Assembly (NCBI GenBank): GCA_012960975.1
Contig: DUAE01000055.1
Location: forward strand, 107,828-171,827
From: Candidatus Poseidoniales archaeon
GTDB taxonomy: Archaea; Thermoplasmatota; Poseidoniia; Poseidoniales; Thalassarchaeaceae
Direction of reading: 5' to 3'
Length of the DNA stretch: 64,000 nt
Shown here: positions 39,428-49,084 of the stretch, one piece after another
How the letters are laid out: every line of letters starts with the position of its first letter
Numbering within the stretch: position 1 is the first letter of the stretch
Made by a program: the position numbers and the translations under genes
The notes under the pieces: model-generated
Told to the model about the DNA's origin: nothing
Databases searched by the model: none
What the model saw: the letters and a program-made list of their open reading frames with translations, nothing else

Positions 39428-39513
39428 AGTATGGCATCGCTACCGTTGCTATCAAACAAGCGTTGAAATCAATAAAGAACAGTATTATTCAAGATAGAAT
39501 AAACAATTCCGAT

Positions 39514-39810
39514 TCAAACATTAGTTGACAAATCAAGTAATTCACTCTGCCCAGGATCGACAACACAGATTGTACTCACAGGGAACGGTTTGGCACAGGC
39601 AGCACCTAGTTGTCGGTTGACCATCGTGACCTGATGAATTATTACATCAGGATGATTGGTTCGCAAATCACTAATATAATTTATTGGACAGTTTGCTGCG
39701 ACTAAGATTAGTCTTGCATCACCATTTGAACATGCACCCTTTGCTTGGCGTTGACCAAAAAGAAGATTGCCAGTTTTAATTCCTTGTTTTAATTGACGTG
39801 ATATATCCAT
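39514..39810 (-). CDS. rpl30e: 50S ribosomal protein L30e
   Basis: 98 aa. IKTGNLLFGQRQA...ARLILVAANCP...LGAACAKPFPVSTICVVDPG. Canonical position downstream of rpoA''. SD-like GAGGGGGA upstream. Confidence 0.85.
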   Translation of the reverse strand: MDISRQLKQGIKTGNLLFGQRQAKGACSNGDARLILVAANCPINYISDLRTNHPDVIIHQVTMVNRQLGAACAKPFPVSTICVVDPGQSELLDLSTNV

Positions 39811-39822
39811 TCAAAATCCCCC

Positions 39823-41403
39823 TCATGCATCCTCTGGGATGTAATAAAGATCAACACTGCCAGTGCCGAGAGCGACTGGTTGACCAACGATGATGTTTTC
39901 TGTAACACCACGGAGCTTATCTCTCTCACCGATAATACCTGCCCTAAGCAAGTGTGTGACTGTTACTTCGAAAGCCGAACGAGCTAGAATACTGTGTTTA
40001 GTACCACTAACTCCATGACGTCCAATAGCTCGTACTTCTCCTTCGCTGGTCATAACATCGGAGACCATCAATAAGTGACGAATATCTACATCTAGGCCAG
40101 CGCCTTGTAAAGTATCTAACATTTCATTGATGATCGCTTGTCGAGCAGCTTCAATCCCCAAGTAGGCATAAATCTCAGTTACATTATTTGTATAAGTTCG
40201 TGCTCGATCAACTCCAGCAAAAATACTCACCTTAGCAAGATTTGAACCGATTGTTGAGATGTAATATTCTCCAGTTTCCTTGTTAGGTCCCTGCACATTA
40301 GCTCTAATGACGTCCGGTAAACCTTTTAATCGGAGTTTTTTGATTTTTTCCTCGAGTTGAAGTAACGCGGTGTAAGTAGGTGGATCACTAGCTAAATCAG
40401 CTAGGTCATCTTCTTTGATAACACCAGGAATAATTTTTAAATTCTTAGGTTTATCTTCGTTATCTGCTTGAATATATAATCGGAGAGCACGAGATAATTT
40501 ATCTCGAACTTCTGCACCATTCATCTTTTTCAAACGAAGGTTTGAAGCATTCAATGACAAGCTAATATATCGTTGAGTGATATCTACGTCAATAGAAGCG
40601 ATGTCTACGGTCGTGGTTGTTTCGAGACCAGCAGCAATCTCTTGGACGAGTTTTTCATTCGTTCTCAATGGCTTCTTTTTAGCATTAAATTCTTCTAAAT
40701 AAATTCTCATTGTAGGAGTCTTAGGAACCTTTCTTGCATCTACAATTTCGATAATTCTTGGTAACCCTTGTGTGACGTTGACAGTTGCAACACCAGCATA
40801 GTGGAATGTTCTCATCGTCATTTGAGTTCCCGGCTCACCAATAGATTGGGCGGTTGTAATACCAACTGCTTCGTGAGGATCTACTCTCGCCTTAGAAAGA
40901 TAATACGAAGCTGATTCAATGACCTTTTTTGCTTTTGCTGGAGTCAATTTCTTGACATTCCTGGAAATTAATCCATTAACAAGATCGTTGACAATTCTAG
41001 GCGTCATAGGTACATTCATCTTTGCGGCTAAGTTTGATAGCACTTGATACATTTCTGATTCAACGTCTACATCCCTTAGGATTTGGACCATCTTTGAATC
41101 GCTATCATAGTCTTGAATCGGCAAAGATTTCTTAGCGCGAGTTCTAGAACGAGCACTTGGTTTTCTACGTACTAATGTCTTGTCAATTCTAGCAGCAGCG
41201 CGTTGGGCTGCCTTGGATGAGCCTGCCATTACTTCGAAGATTTTTGACGCTGTTCCTGAATCGGTTCCACAAATCTGAGCAATTTGAGCAGAGGTCAATA
41301 CTTTTACATCATCCCATTTCTTATCGTCAGCAAGTTTGTGAGCGTATTCTTCCTCAATTCCGAGATCCATCAACTTCTTCTTTGTTGCACTCTTTACTAC
41401 CAT
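39823..41403 (-). CDS. rpoA2: DNA-directed RNA polymerase subunit A'' with an N-terminal extension of about 105 aa
   Basis: Core motifs [62 protein letters not shown]-terminal [27 protein letters not shown]... plus a basic linker precede the conserved core. Confidence 0.9.
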   Translation of the reverse strand: MVVKSATKKKLMDLGIEEEYAHKLADDKKWDDVKVLTSAQIAQICGTDSGTASKIFEVMAGSSKAAQRAAARIDKTLVRRKPSARSRTRAKKSLPIQDYDSDSKMVQILRDVDVESEMYQVLSNLAAKMNVPMTPRIVNDLVNGLISRNVKKLTPAKAKKVIESASYYLSKARVDPHEAVGITTAQSIGEPGTQMTMRTFHYAGVATVNVTQGLPRIIEIVDARKVPKTPTMRIYLEEFNAKKKPLRTNEKLVQEIAAGLETTTTVDIASIDVDITQRYISLSLNASNLRLKKMNGAEVRDKLSRALRLYIQADNEDKPKNLKIIPGVIKEDDLADLASDPPTYTALLQLEEKIKKLRLKGLPDVIRANVQGPNKETGEYYISTIGSNLAKVSIFAGVDRARTYTNNVTEIYAYLGIEAARQAIINEMLDTLQGAGLDVDIRHLLMVSDVMTSEGEVRAIGRHGVSGTKHSILARSAFEVTVTHLLRAGIIGERDKLRGVTENIIVGQPVALGTGSVDLYYIPEDA

Positions 41404-44400
41404 CAGTTTCCACCCCCAAGAGCATCATCTAGGACTTGATTAATTTCGAATGGTTCACCTTTACGGCTTCGAGCAGGATCGATTCTATCTTCTCCGTACT
41501 CGAATTGAATGATACGATCAGCAGTATTTCTGACAGATCTCATATCATCATTTGAAACCTTCAAATCATCCATTGCGTTAATCAACCGACGTTGCATATA
41601 TCCAGATTTAGAAGTACGAACTGCAGTATCGACCAAGGATTCCCGACCAGATACGGACAACATGAAAAACTCGGTTGGTTCAAGCCCACGCTTGAACGAA
41701 GAAGATACGAAACCTTTCTCTTTAGCACCTTTAACTCCACGCTGGAAGTGAGTTAGGACACGCCCTTGATAGCCGCGTTCCAATCTCTTACCACGAACTT
41801 TTGGTTGCCCGATTGATCCTGCCATCATAGCCAAGTTATCCATCGAACCACGTGCACCGGATGTTGCCATCAGAACTGCAGAGTTATCATCTCCAAGGAA
41901 TGTCTTTGCAACATTACCTGATTCACCTTTACCTGAATCGAGAATTGTCAAAATATTCTCTTCAAGTGTCTCCATAGGTGTTCGGCCAGGACGAGCTTCG
42001 TAGCGGCGACCATCTTTTCCGAATTTTAATAATTCTTCATCGACAGCATCGCTAGCGCGCTTGTTAATTGCATCAATTTCTGCTTTTGCTTCCGGAGGCA
42101 AATCTTCGTCATCAATTCCTGTTGTGAATCCCATCGAAGTACAAATTGCAATCGTCATGTTTGTCATGCGGTTGATGAATTCAGCACCAACATCTGAGCC
42201 ATGAGTTTGAACCACTGCATCGAGTAATCGACCGTCTTCGGCACCGATTCCACGTTTATCGATAGTTCCCGTAACTTTTCCATCTTGGACGATAACGTTG
42301 TCACCTGATCGACTTGTATAATCTAGATTAAATCCAGTAGGTACAATCAGACTGAGAATATCAGTACCAAGATAACCAGTGACGCCATCTCTTTCAATAG
42401 CTTCTGGTAATTCTCCATCCCATCCAACTGCTCCTAATACTTCCATCACTAATTTTTTCGGGAGGAATCTGTCACCATGTGTCAAAAGATATGCACCCGA
42501 AATGTGATCGTGTATTCCACCGATAACAGATCCACCATAACGAGGTGTGATGATGTGTTCTTGGACTCTCATTAATATCTTAGCTTCTGCACGTGCTTCC
42601 TCAGATTGAATAACGTGAAGATTCATTTCATCTCCATCAAAATCCGCATTGTATGGAGTACAATCTGCGAGGTTAAATCTGAATGTCTTACCAGCCATCA
42701 CTCTGATTTCATGAACCATCATCGACATTCGATGAAGAGATGGTTGCCGATTGAATATCGTCACATCACCATCGATGAGATGACGCTCAACTACAACACC
42801 AGGTCGTGGATTTCCGTCACGGTCGAAAGTGCTTAGTCGATCTTCAACTTCAGTATGGTGGGACTCTCCATAATCATTCTCAATAGAAGGGCTTCCACAG
42901 TGAGGGCAATTAATTTCAAGATGTGCAGGGTAGAATTCATCTGGATGTGAGTGTTCCCACTTCCAACGATTGTAAATTAGAGCACGTTCATCATCTTCTG
43001 CCAGGGGCTGACCGCGTTCATCTTCACCTCTGAGGTTAGCAAGAGTTTTTTCGAGATCTACACCCCACTCTTCCTCTAATTCACCAACTGAATTTCTTCT
43101 CATTTGGCGCTTCAATTCAATACCGGGGAGGAAATTTGGAGCATGTAATACTTGGTCAAGGTCTGCACGATATCCATTGTAAGGTACGTCCTCACTATCC
43201 GTAAGACAATCGGGGTTGAGACACCGGAAACCTGCCCAAATATATTTTGTTCGATCTGTGATTCGAACACGTAATCTATCTCCACGAATGATATAGTTGA
43301 CTCCAGGATGTACATCGGGACCTCGTAGAATCATCTGTCGTAATTGTTCTCTATTTCGACTTGTAATTCGAATAGGGACGGTTAATTCTTTTGCTGTCTG
43401 AACTGGAATTCCAACTTCATTGATACCAAGGTTTGGATCTGGAGAAATAACTGTACGCGCACAGAAATTAACACGCTTTCCTGAAAGGTTACTTCGGAAT
43501 CTTCCTTCTTTACCCTTCAACCGTTGAGTCAAAGTCTTCAATGGACGACCAGATCGGTGTCGAGCAGGAGGGATACCTGCGGTTTGGTTATCGAAATAGG
43601 TAGTACAGTGGTACTGAAGTAATTCCCAAAGATCCTCTACAATCAATTGTGGAGCTCCAGCGTCACGATTTTCCCGTAGTCTCTGATTTATTCTAAGCAC
43701 ATCAACCAACTTGTGAGTTAAATCATCCTCTGATCTATCCCCACTATCCAGTGTAATTGATGGTCTAACCGTAATTGGAGGTACTGGTAACACCTTCATA
43801 ATCGTCCATTCAGGGCGGCTAGAGTGGTAATCCATACCAATAAAAATCAAATGTTGGTCAGGTATTCTTTCTAACCATTCTCTAATATCACGAGCATTGA
43901 GTTTATGCTCACCCTTATTTTCTCTCTTTTCTTTGTAAGTTGAAGGTTTGTCTAGAATGATTTTACCTTGTTCTGAACCACAATGCATGCAAATAGTTCT
44001 CTTTTTGCTTGAACATTCTTTCTCAATATCCTTAATGATTTTTTTGAATTCACGTGACCCGACCCCATGTTTAATCATTACATCCTTCACACGATCACGA
44101 TAGTAATCTTGCTCGGATTTCTCTGGATCTAATGGGTGAGAGTTTATTTGGCTATGCAGAAGTATTTGACTACATGAATTACATGTAGATTTCAATGACA
44201 TTTTAATTAAATCAGTGAAACCAATGTGCATTACGGGAAGTTCAAGAGCAATGTGACCGAAGTGGCTTGGGCACTCTTCGTGCTTATTCCCACAAGTTTC
44301 ACAACGCACTCCAGGATCTATTACACCCATTTTTGGATCCATCAATCCTTGCTTGAATGCGTGACCATCGTCACGATAAGTATCTGCAGTCTTGACCTCG

Positions 44401-44495
44401 ACAGAGGACATCTTTCGAATCTCATTTGGATCCATTAGACTGAATTTAATTGAGTCAATCCTCTTAGGGATTTTTGCAACATCTTTAGTACTCAT
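41403..44495 (-). CDS. rpoA1: DNA-directed RNA polymerase subunit A' with an internal insertion of about 150 aa
   Basis: Zn sites CETCGN..CPSHFGH; RPEW; [12 protein letters not shown]; catalytic [12 protein letters not shown]. 1030 aa. SD-like GGAGGA upstream. Confidence 0.95.
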   Translation of the reverse strand: MSTKDVAKIPKRIDSIKFSLMDPNEIRKMSSVEVKTADTYRDDGHAFKQGLMDPKMGVIDPGVRCETCGNKHEECPSHFGHIALELPVMHIGFTDLIKMSLKSTCNSCSQILLHSQINSHPLDPEKSEQDYYRDRVKDVMIKHGVGSREFKKIIKDIEKECSSKKRTICMHCGSEQGKIILDKPSTYKEKRENKGEHKLNARDIREWLERIPDQHLIFIGMDYHSSRPEWTIMKVLPVPPITVRPSITLDSGDRSEDDLTHKLVDVLRINQRLRENRDAGAPQLIVEDLWELLQYHCTTYFDNQTAGIPPARHRSGRPLKTLTQRLKGKEGRFRSNLSGKRVNFCARTVISPDPNLGINEVGIPVQTAKELTVPIRITSRNREQLRQMILRGPDVHPGVNYIIRGDRLRVRITDRTKYIWAGFRCLNPDCLTDSEDVPYNGYRADLDQVLHAPNFLPGIELKRQMRRNSVGELEEEWGVDLEKTLANLRGEDERGQPLAEDDERALIYNRWKWEHSHPDEFYPAHLEINCPHCGSPSIENDYGESHHTEVEDRLSTFDRDGNPRPGVVVERHLIDGDVTIFNRQPSLHRMSMMVHEIRVMAGKTFRFNLADCTPYNADFDGDEMNLHVIQSEEARAEAKILMRVQEHIITPRYGGSVIGGIHDHISGAYLLTHGDRFLPKKLVMEVLGAVGWDGELPEAIERDGVTGYLGTDILSLIVPTGFNLDYTSRSGDNVIVQDGKVTGTIDKRGIGAEDGRLLDAVVQTHGSDVGAEFINRMTNMTIAICTSMGFTTGIDDEDLPPEAKAEIDAINKRASDAVDEELLKFGKDGRRYEARPGRTPMETLEENILTILDSGKGESGNVAKTFLGDDNSAVLMATSGARGSMDNLAMMAGSIGQPKVRGKRLERGYQGRVLTHFQRGVKGAKEKGFVSSSFKRGLEPTEFFMLSVSGRESLVDTAVRTSKSGYMQRRLINAMDDLKVSNDDMRSVRNTADRIIQFEYGEDRIDPARSRKGEPFEINQVLDDALGGGN

Positions 44496-47400
44496 TTTCG
44501 GTCCTCCAACTCAAGTCTCATAGCGACCCCTAAACTCTTCATCTCGTCCAGAAGTAGCTTGAATGCATATGAAGTTTGGACCGTGTGAACATCAGCACGA
44601 TCACCACAATAAGGACAAACACTAGTTCGGCGTTTCCAATCATAGTAAGCGATATGCCCACAACCAGTAGTGTTACAGACCATTAAGTTCCATCCATCAG
44701 ACTCATCGAGTAATCTATCTTTGATAACCATCGATGCACCGTGTGAAATCAAACAATCACGCTCCATTTCACCAAATCTTAGTCCACCCTGGCGTGCACG
44801 TCCTTCGGTTGGTTGACGGGTAAGAATTTGTACACGTCCGCGACTTCTTGCGTGGATTTTACTACTTACTAAGTGGTGCAGTCTTTGGTAGTAAATTACA
44901 CCGACAAAGATATCCGCAGGATATTCTTCACCTGTTTCACCATTAATCATTATTTCACGACCGGTATGGTTGAAGCCATTACGTAAGAGACCGGCTCTAA
45001 CAGATTCTTCCTTTTCACCAGTGAATGCGGTTCCATCAACCTTTCGACCTTCCATGGAACCGACCTTTCCACCAATCATTTCTAGAACGTGAGCGACGGT
45101 CATTCGCGAAGGAATAGCGTGTGGATTGATAAGAACATCAGGCACAACACCGTCAACAGTGAAGGGAAGATTTTCTGAATCAACCAATCTACCAATGACA
45201 CCTTTCTGGCCGTGGCGCGAAGCGAATTTATCTCCCAACTCAGGGATTTTATTGGTACGTAATGTGATTCTAACCAATCTTGTAGAATCAAGTGATTCAG
45301 TAACGAAGACATTGTCCACCCAACCGTATTCACCATGACGAACCATCATCGAAGATTCACGACGTTCTTGTGCTTGTAGGAAAGCTCCAGCCGCTTCCTC
45401 AAGGAAACGTGGAGGACTAGTCTTCCCAACTAATACCTTAGAATCCACCTTACCACTAGTTAGGAATTCTTCAGGAGTAGGTAAACCATCTCTTTCAAGA
45501 TGCGAATAATTATCCCATGATTTCAATCCTTTAATTTCATCTAGCCCTGTGCCTGGAATTTCGATTCGTTCTTCTTGACCGCCTGGGAATCTTTTATTCT
45601 CAGCGGTATAGGTTCGAATGAAAGAGGAGCGACCTAATGATCGTTCGACAGATGCACGATTCATGATGATTGCATCCTGCATGTTATATCCATGATGACT
45701 CATGATTGCGACCACGTAATTTTGCCCTCCAGGACGACGAAGGAAACCAGTTGACTGCATTGCTCGAGTACCAACTATCGATCGTTGAGGGTAGTGTAGA
45801 ATATGCGCTCTTGTATCAGGACGCAATCTGTAATTGGCACTTGGTAGTCCAAGGCTCTGTTTGACCATCGCCGTTCCACCCGTAACTCTTGGTGTTGAGT
45901 TGTGCTCTGGATATGGCACTAGAGATGCACAAACACCCAAAATTAGTTGAGGATCTACTTCTACATGAGTATAAACTAGGATTGTGTGGTTCTTCTGTTG
46001 TTTCTTAGTTAGAGTTTCAATATCAGACTGATAATAGCTAAGTGGAACACTGAAATTTTCAATTTTCTTTTCACCATTTGGGAGTTGAACTTCAACACGG
46101 AGTTTGGCCTTAGAAATTTCTGGTTTACCCAAGTTCATCCATTCAACCTTTGCAGGGTTGATTGGTCTGCCATATTTTGGTGACGCTTGAGGTATATCGA
46201 AAGGACGTGGAGCGATCAATAAATCCTCTTCTTCTTCAGCATCTACCCATTCTACAACTCCTGAAGAAACCAAATCATTGAAGATGATTTCACCAGTTCT
46301 CAGACCTTCTAAATGTTGTTTTGATAATTTTAAACTTCCATGCTCGAGAACTAGAAGTGGACGAAGAATTCGTCCACGATCGGTATTTATGAATACATCT
46401 TTGTTTTCAGTATCATGACGAATACTAACCTCATGTCGAATACGACCAGCTCGTCGGCGGGCCTTGAATTGAGCGACCAGTTTCTTTGGACGCTTGTGTA
46501 GACCGAAAATATCCCCATTGACGTGAATTCTGGAACCATCTGCCCAACCGGCAGGTGAATCATCAACACCTGCTTCCTTTAGTAGTTCTTTGACATCGTC
46601 TGAAGGCACGTCTTCAGAAACGTCGATCATTTGAGCTGCGTTCTTTACAAGACCACAATTTTGACCTTCTGGAGTCTCATTTGGACACAATCTTCCCCAA
46701 TGTGTTGGATGAAGGTCACGTGCTTCGAAATGAGGTTGACTTCGAACTAATGGACTGGTAACTCGTCGCATATGTGACAGAGCGGACAAATAGGTTGTCC
46801 GATCTAATAATTGACTGACACCTGAACGACCGCCGACCCAATTACCTGTAGCGAGTGCATGCATGATTTTTGAGGTCAAGACATCAGGCCTTAGACAAGC
46901 ATTAATTTTGAGATCACGCTTACGGTTGTGGTGTCTTTCTAGTTGATATTTTAGATCTCTAGCTAATTGTTGCAAACTAACTCGAAAGAGATCTTCAATT
47001 AAATCTCCAGCCAAGCGAACACGCTTATTTGCGTAGTGATCCTTATCGTTTGGATCTCGATTTGTAATCGCCATTTCGAGGACTTGACGGACAATACGTC
47101 CGAGGAAAATTGCTTTTTTCTCACGTACATCTGGACCATCTCCCAGATGAGGGAGAAGTTCTTTGTCCAACATATTCTGAATTCGAGATTCACGATACTC
47201 CTTCTGTTGCCCTGCTGCGAATTTCTTCTCGAGCCACGCAACTGCTTCGTCTTGAGTTTCGACACCATATTCTTCATTGTCTTTGACGTCGTTAAGGTTT
47301 GCAACGGTATATTTCATTGCTGCGACTGGCCCTGCGATTGCTGCGAAAATCTCTCGGTCATTTTCCATACCTAGTGCTCGCATAAGAAGAACGACTGGAA

Positions 47401-48199
47401 TTGCGGCGGTTCCGGCACTTGGAATTTTTACCATAAGCATACCATCTCGACGCTTTTCCACGTTCAGAGGTTTTCGAACACCGTCTTTTTGAGAGAAAAT
47501 CTTAGCAACTTCAGTTTCATGGGCATATTTTTTATTCTTTTCTACCGTAACTCGATTAGGTGCCAAATCTTCCATTGAGATTAGAACTCTCTCTGTTCCA
47601 TTAATGATAAAATAACCGCCCGTATCCATTGGATCCTCTCCTGCTTTTTGCCTTAGAGAAACAAGATGTTCAGCATCTTCTTCAGATGTATGAGGTGAAA
47701 GTTTCCGATTCGGGTCGATGTTATCGGAATGTACATTACATCGAGCGGATTTCACCATTATAGGTAAATTTCCTATGTGAACGCTAGGTTCATCGACGAC
47801 TCCGTGGGTATCTCCTGCCTCAGGAGGGATGTCATCACGATAAATTTTGAAATCCATGTAAATGGGTGAAAAATAGGTGAGCTTTCTGACACGGCATTCC
47901 ATTGGAGTAGCAGGGTGTTCAGCACCATTTGCTTCTCGTATAGTAGGTTTGCCTAATCTAAGACCCTTCAATCGAACAAAAATTTCTTTGTCTAAAACGT
48001 CGAGTTTGATCGCGCCCCCGCCAGTTTCCCCGCCAGGAATCATATCTAGGGGTTCATCGGTTCCAATTCGGATATTTCTAACGATTTTTTCCATACGGCT
48101 TGCACGTGCTTCGCCACCTAGAATACAATCGTTATATGATGCAAGTTGATGGTTTACCATGCTTCGTCTTTGAAAATAACTCTCTACAATTTCCTTCAT
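44492..48199 (-). CDS. rpoB: DNA-directed RNA polymerase subunit B (unsplit)
   Basis: 1235 aa. GLVKNAA, SRHGQKGV, RFGEMERD, and the C-terminal Zn ribbon CNTTGCGH...CPYCG. A single ORF rather than B'/B''. Confidence 0.95.
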   Translation of the reverse strand: MKEIVESYFQRRSMVNHQLASYNDCILGGEARASRMEKIVRNIRIGTDEPLDMIPGGETGGGAIKLDVLDKEIFVRLKGLRLGKPTIREANGAEHPATPMECRVRKLTYFSPIYMDFKIYRDDIPPEAGDTHGVVDEPSVHIGNLPIMVKSARCNVHSDNIDPNRKLSPHTSEEDAEHLVSLRQKAGEDPMDTGGYFIINGTERVLISMEDLAPNRVTVEKNKKYAHETEVAKIFSQKDGVRKPLNVEKRRDGMLMVKIPSAGTAAIPVVLLMRALGMENDREIFAAIAGPVAAMKYTVANLNDVKDNEEYGVETQDEAVAWLEKKFAAGQQKEYRESRIQNMLDKELLPHLGDGPDVREKKAIFLGRIVRQVLEMAITNRDPNDKDHYANKRVRLAGDLIEDLFRVSLQQLARDLKYQLERHHNRKRDLKINACLRPDVLTSKIMHALATGNWVGGRSGVSQLLDRTTYLSALSHMRRVTSPLVRSQPHFEARDLHPTHWGRLCPNETPEGQNCGLVKNAAQMIDVSEDVPSDDVKELLKEAGVDDSPAGWADGSRIHVNGDIFGLHKRPKKLVAQFKARRRAGRIRHEVSIRHDTENKDVFINTDRGRILRPLLVLEHGSLKLSKQHLEGLRTGEIIFNDLVSSGVVEWVDAEEEEDLLIAPRPFDIPQASPKYGRPINPAKVEWMNLGKPEISKAKLRVEVQLPNGEKKIENFSVPLSYYQSDIETLTKKQQKNHTILVYTHVEVDPQLILGVCASLVPYPEHNSTPRVTGGTAMVKQSLGLPSANYRLRPDTRAHILHYPQRSIVGTRAMQSTGFLRRPGGQNYVVAIMSHHGYNMQDAIIMNRASVERSLGRSSFIRTYTAENKRFPGGQEERIEIPGTGLDEIKGLKSWDNYSHLERDGLPTPEEFLTSGKVDSKVLVGKTSPPRFLEEAAGAFLQAQERRESSMMVRHGEYGWVDNVFVTESLDSTRLVRITLRTNKIPELGDKFASRHGQKGVIGRLVDSENLPFTVDGVVPDVLINPHAIPSRMTVAHVLEMIGGKVGSMEGRKVDGTAFTGEKEESVRAGLLRNGFNHTGREIMINGETGEEYPADIFVGVIYYQRLHHLVSSKIHARSRGRVQILTRQPTEGRARQGGLRFGEMERDCLISHGASMVIKDRLLDESDGWNLMVCNTTGCGHIAYYDWKRRTSVCPYCGDRADVHTVQTSYAFKLLLDEMKSLGVAMRLELEDRK

Positions 48200-48211
48200 T
48201 TAATCAACCCC

Positions 48212-48820
48212 TCACGTATTCTCCACAATTAGTCGGAATGCAGTACTTGAACCAGCAGATCTGCTATACCTGTCCACTCGCACAACCCTGTTAGTTAACC
48301 ATCCAGCAGGTAATTCATGGTTATCAATTTCTTCTGTTTCCTTTATTGATTGAATTGCAGGATCTGTAATCAAAATTTTAGGAAGTAATTCTTTGGCCAA
48401 TCTACTGGTCCCATCAAAATCTAGTTGAGTCAAATTCCAAGGAGCTAATACTGATGCTTCTTCTTCGACAGGAACTAATTCGTGATGAGGAACTAAGAAG
48501 TGATTTAAGACATTAAAACGGTCAGTGCCCTGAGGGATATCTTCATCGAGAATAGCCTTTCTAGAAATTGTAATTCTACTACTTCGGCTTCGCTTACGGG
48601 ATGCCATTTGTTCACGGATAATTCCCATGATGTTGTCCAAATCAGAATCACCAGATTTGAGATCAACCTTCTTTGCAACCTGTTCAACGGTCATACGCTT
48701 AATTGCGTCCATGTTTGCGTCGTCGGCAAGTTTGTGTGCGTGCTCCTCAGAGACACCCAATTCCATTAGTCGCTTTTTTGTTGAACTCTTAACTGCCAAA
48801 TCATCGCCCCGGGCCAGCAA
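48212..48820 (-). CDS. rpoH: DNA-directed RNA polymerase subunit H with an N-terminal extension of about 95 aa
   Basis: C-terminal core FNVLNHFLVPHHELVPVEEEASVL...LPKILITDPAIQSI...RVVRVDRYSRSAGSSTAFRLIV matches RpoH/Rpb5-C. The ORF has a TTG start at 48820. A TTG at 48799 would give (M)AVKSSTKKRLMELG..., colinear with the rpoA2 start. Confidence 0.8.
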   Translation of the reverse strand: MLARGDDLAVKSSTKKRLMELGVSEEHAHKLADDANMDAIKRMTVEQVAKKVDLKSGDSDLDNIMGIIREQMASRKRSRSSRITISRKAILDEDIPQGTDRFNVLNHFLVPHHELVPVEEEASVLAPWNLTQLDFDGTSRLAKELLPKILITDPAIQSIKETEEIDNHELPAGWLTNRVVRVDRYSRSAGSSTAFRLIVENT

Positions 48821-48847
48821 AAACCGTGAGCCTGCGGCTTAGTCAGG

Positions 48848-48921
48848 CGGGCCCGAGGGGATTCGAACCCCTGGCCACCGGGTTAAAAGCCCGGCGCTCT
48901 ACCTGACTAAGCTACAGGCCC
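48848..48921 (-). tRNA. tRNA-Lys (anticodon UUU)
   Basis: The reverse complement GGGCCTGTAGCTTAGTCAGGTAGAGCGCCGGGCTTTTAACCCGGTGGCCAGGGGTTCGAATCCCCTCGGGCCCG folds as a cloverleaf. Anticodon stem CCGGG/CCCGG with loop CTTTTAA. T arm AGGGG-TTCGAAT-CCCCT. CCA is not fully encoded (CCT follows). Confidence 0.9.
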
Positions 48922-48996
48922 ATAGCTGATGCTGGGCTATCGGCGGACTGAGGGGGGCTTTATGAAACTGATGGTAGAGGCATAGTTACCACTGAA

Positions 48997-49014
48997 GGGG
49001 GGGGGGATCCCCCC
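48997..49014. repeat. G10-AT-C6 homopolymer palindrome (core GGGGGGATCCCCCC) in a G-rich intergenic spacer
   Basis: Read directly: ...actgaaGGGGGGGGGGATCCCCCCgaagcc... Further G-tracts lie at 48952-48957 and near 49070. Confidence 0.9.
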
Positions 49015-49084
49015 GAAGCCGAAGGGACAATCATAATTGAGGCACTGCTGACATAAAGGTTTGTGAAAAAGAGGGGGTTTTGAC

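Noticed and set aside
42801-43244. RpoA' insertion considered as an intein
   Set aside because: There is no Cys/Ser/Thr at a plausible N-extein junction with intein block A. There is no HN-C/S/T C-terminal junction. There are no homing-endonuclease (LAGLIDADG/HNH) motifs. About 150 aa with two Cys pairs fits a zinc-ribbon-like domain insertion better.
44492-48199. Unsplit rpoB considered as an anomaly (many euryarchaea have B'/B'')
   Set aside because: A single rpoB is normal for Thermoplasmata-related and several other archaeal lineages. I used it as taxonomic context only.
41217-48294. Short ORFs on both strands inside rpoA2, rpoA1, rpoB and rpoH (for example 42606..42836, 45100..45336, 46999..47304, 47036..47374, 47877..48149)
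   Set aside because: They are embedded in or antisense to RNA polymerase genes whose frames carry canonical motifs. There is no independent support.
48922-49084. C/D-box sRNA in the spacer (ctgatgg ... ctga elements)
   Set aside because: The candidate C box is TGATGG, not TGATGA. The box spacing does not fit the C-D'-C'-D layout. There are no terminal complementary ends.
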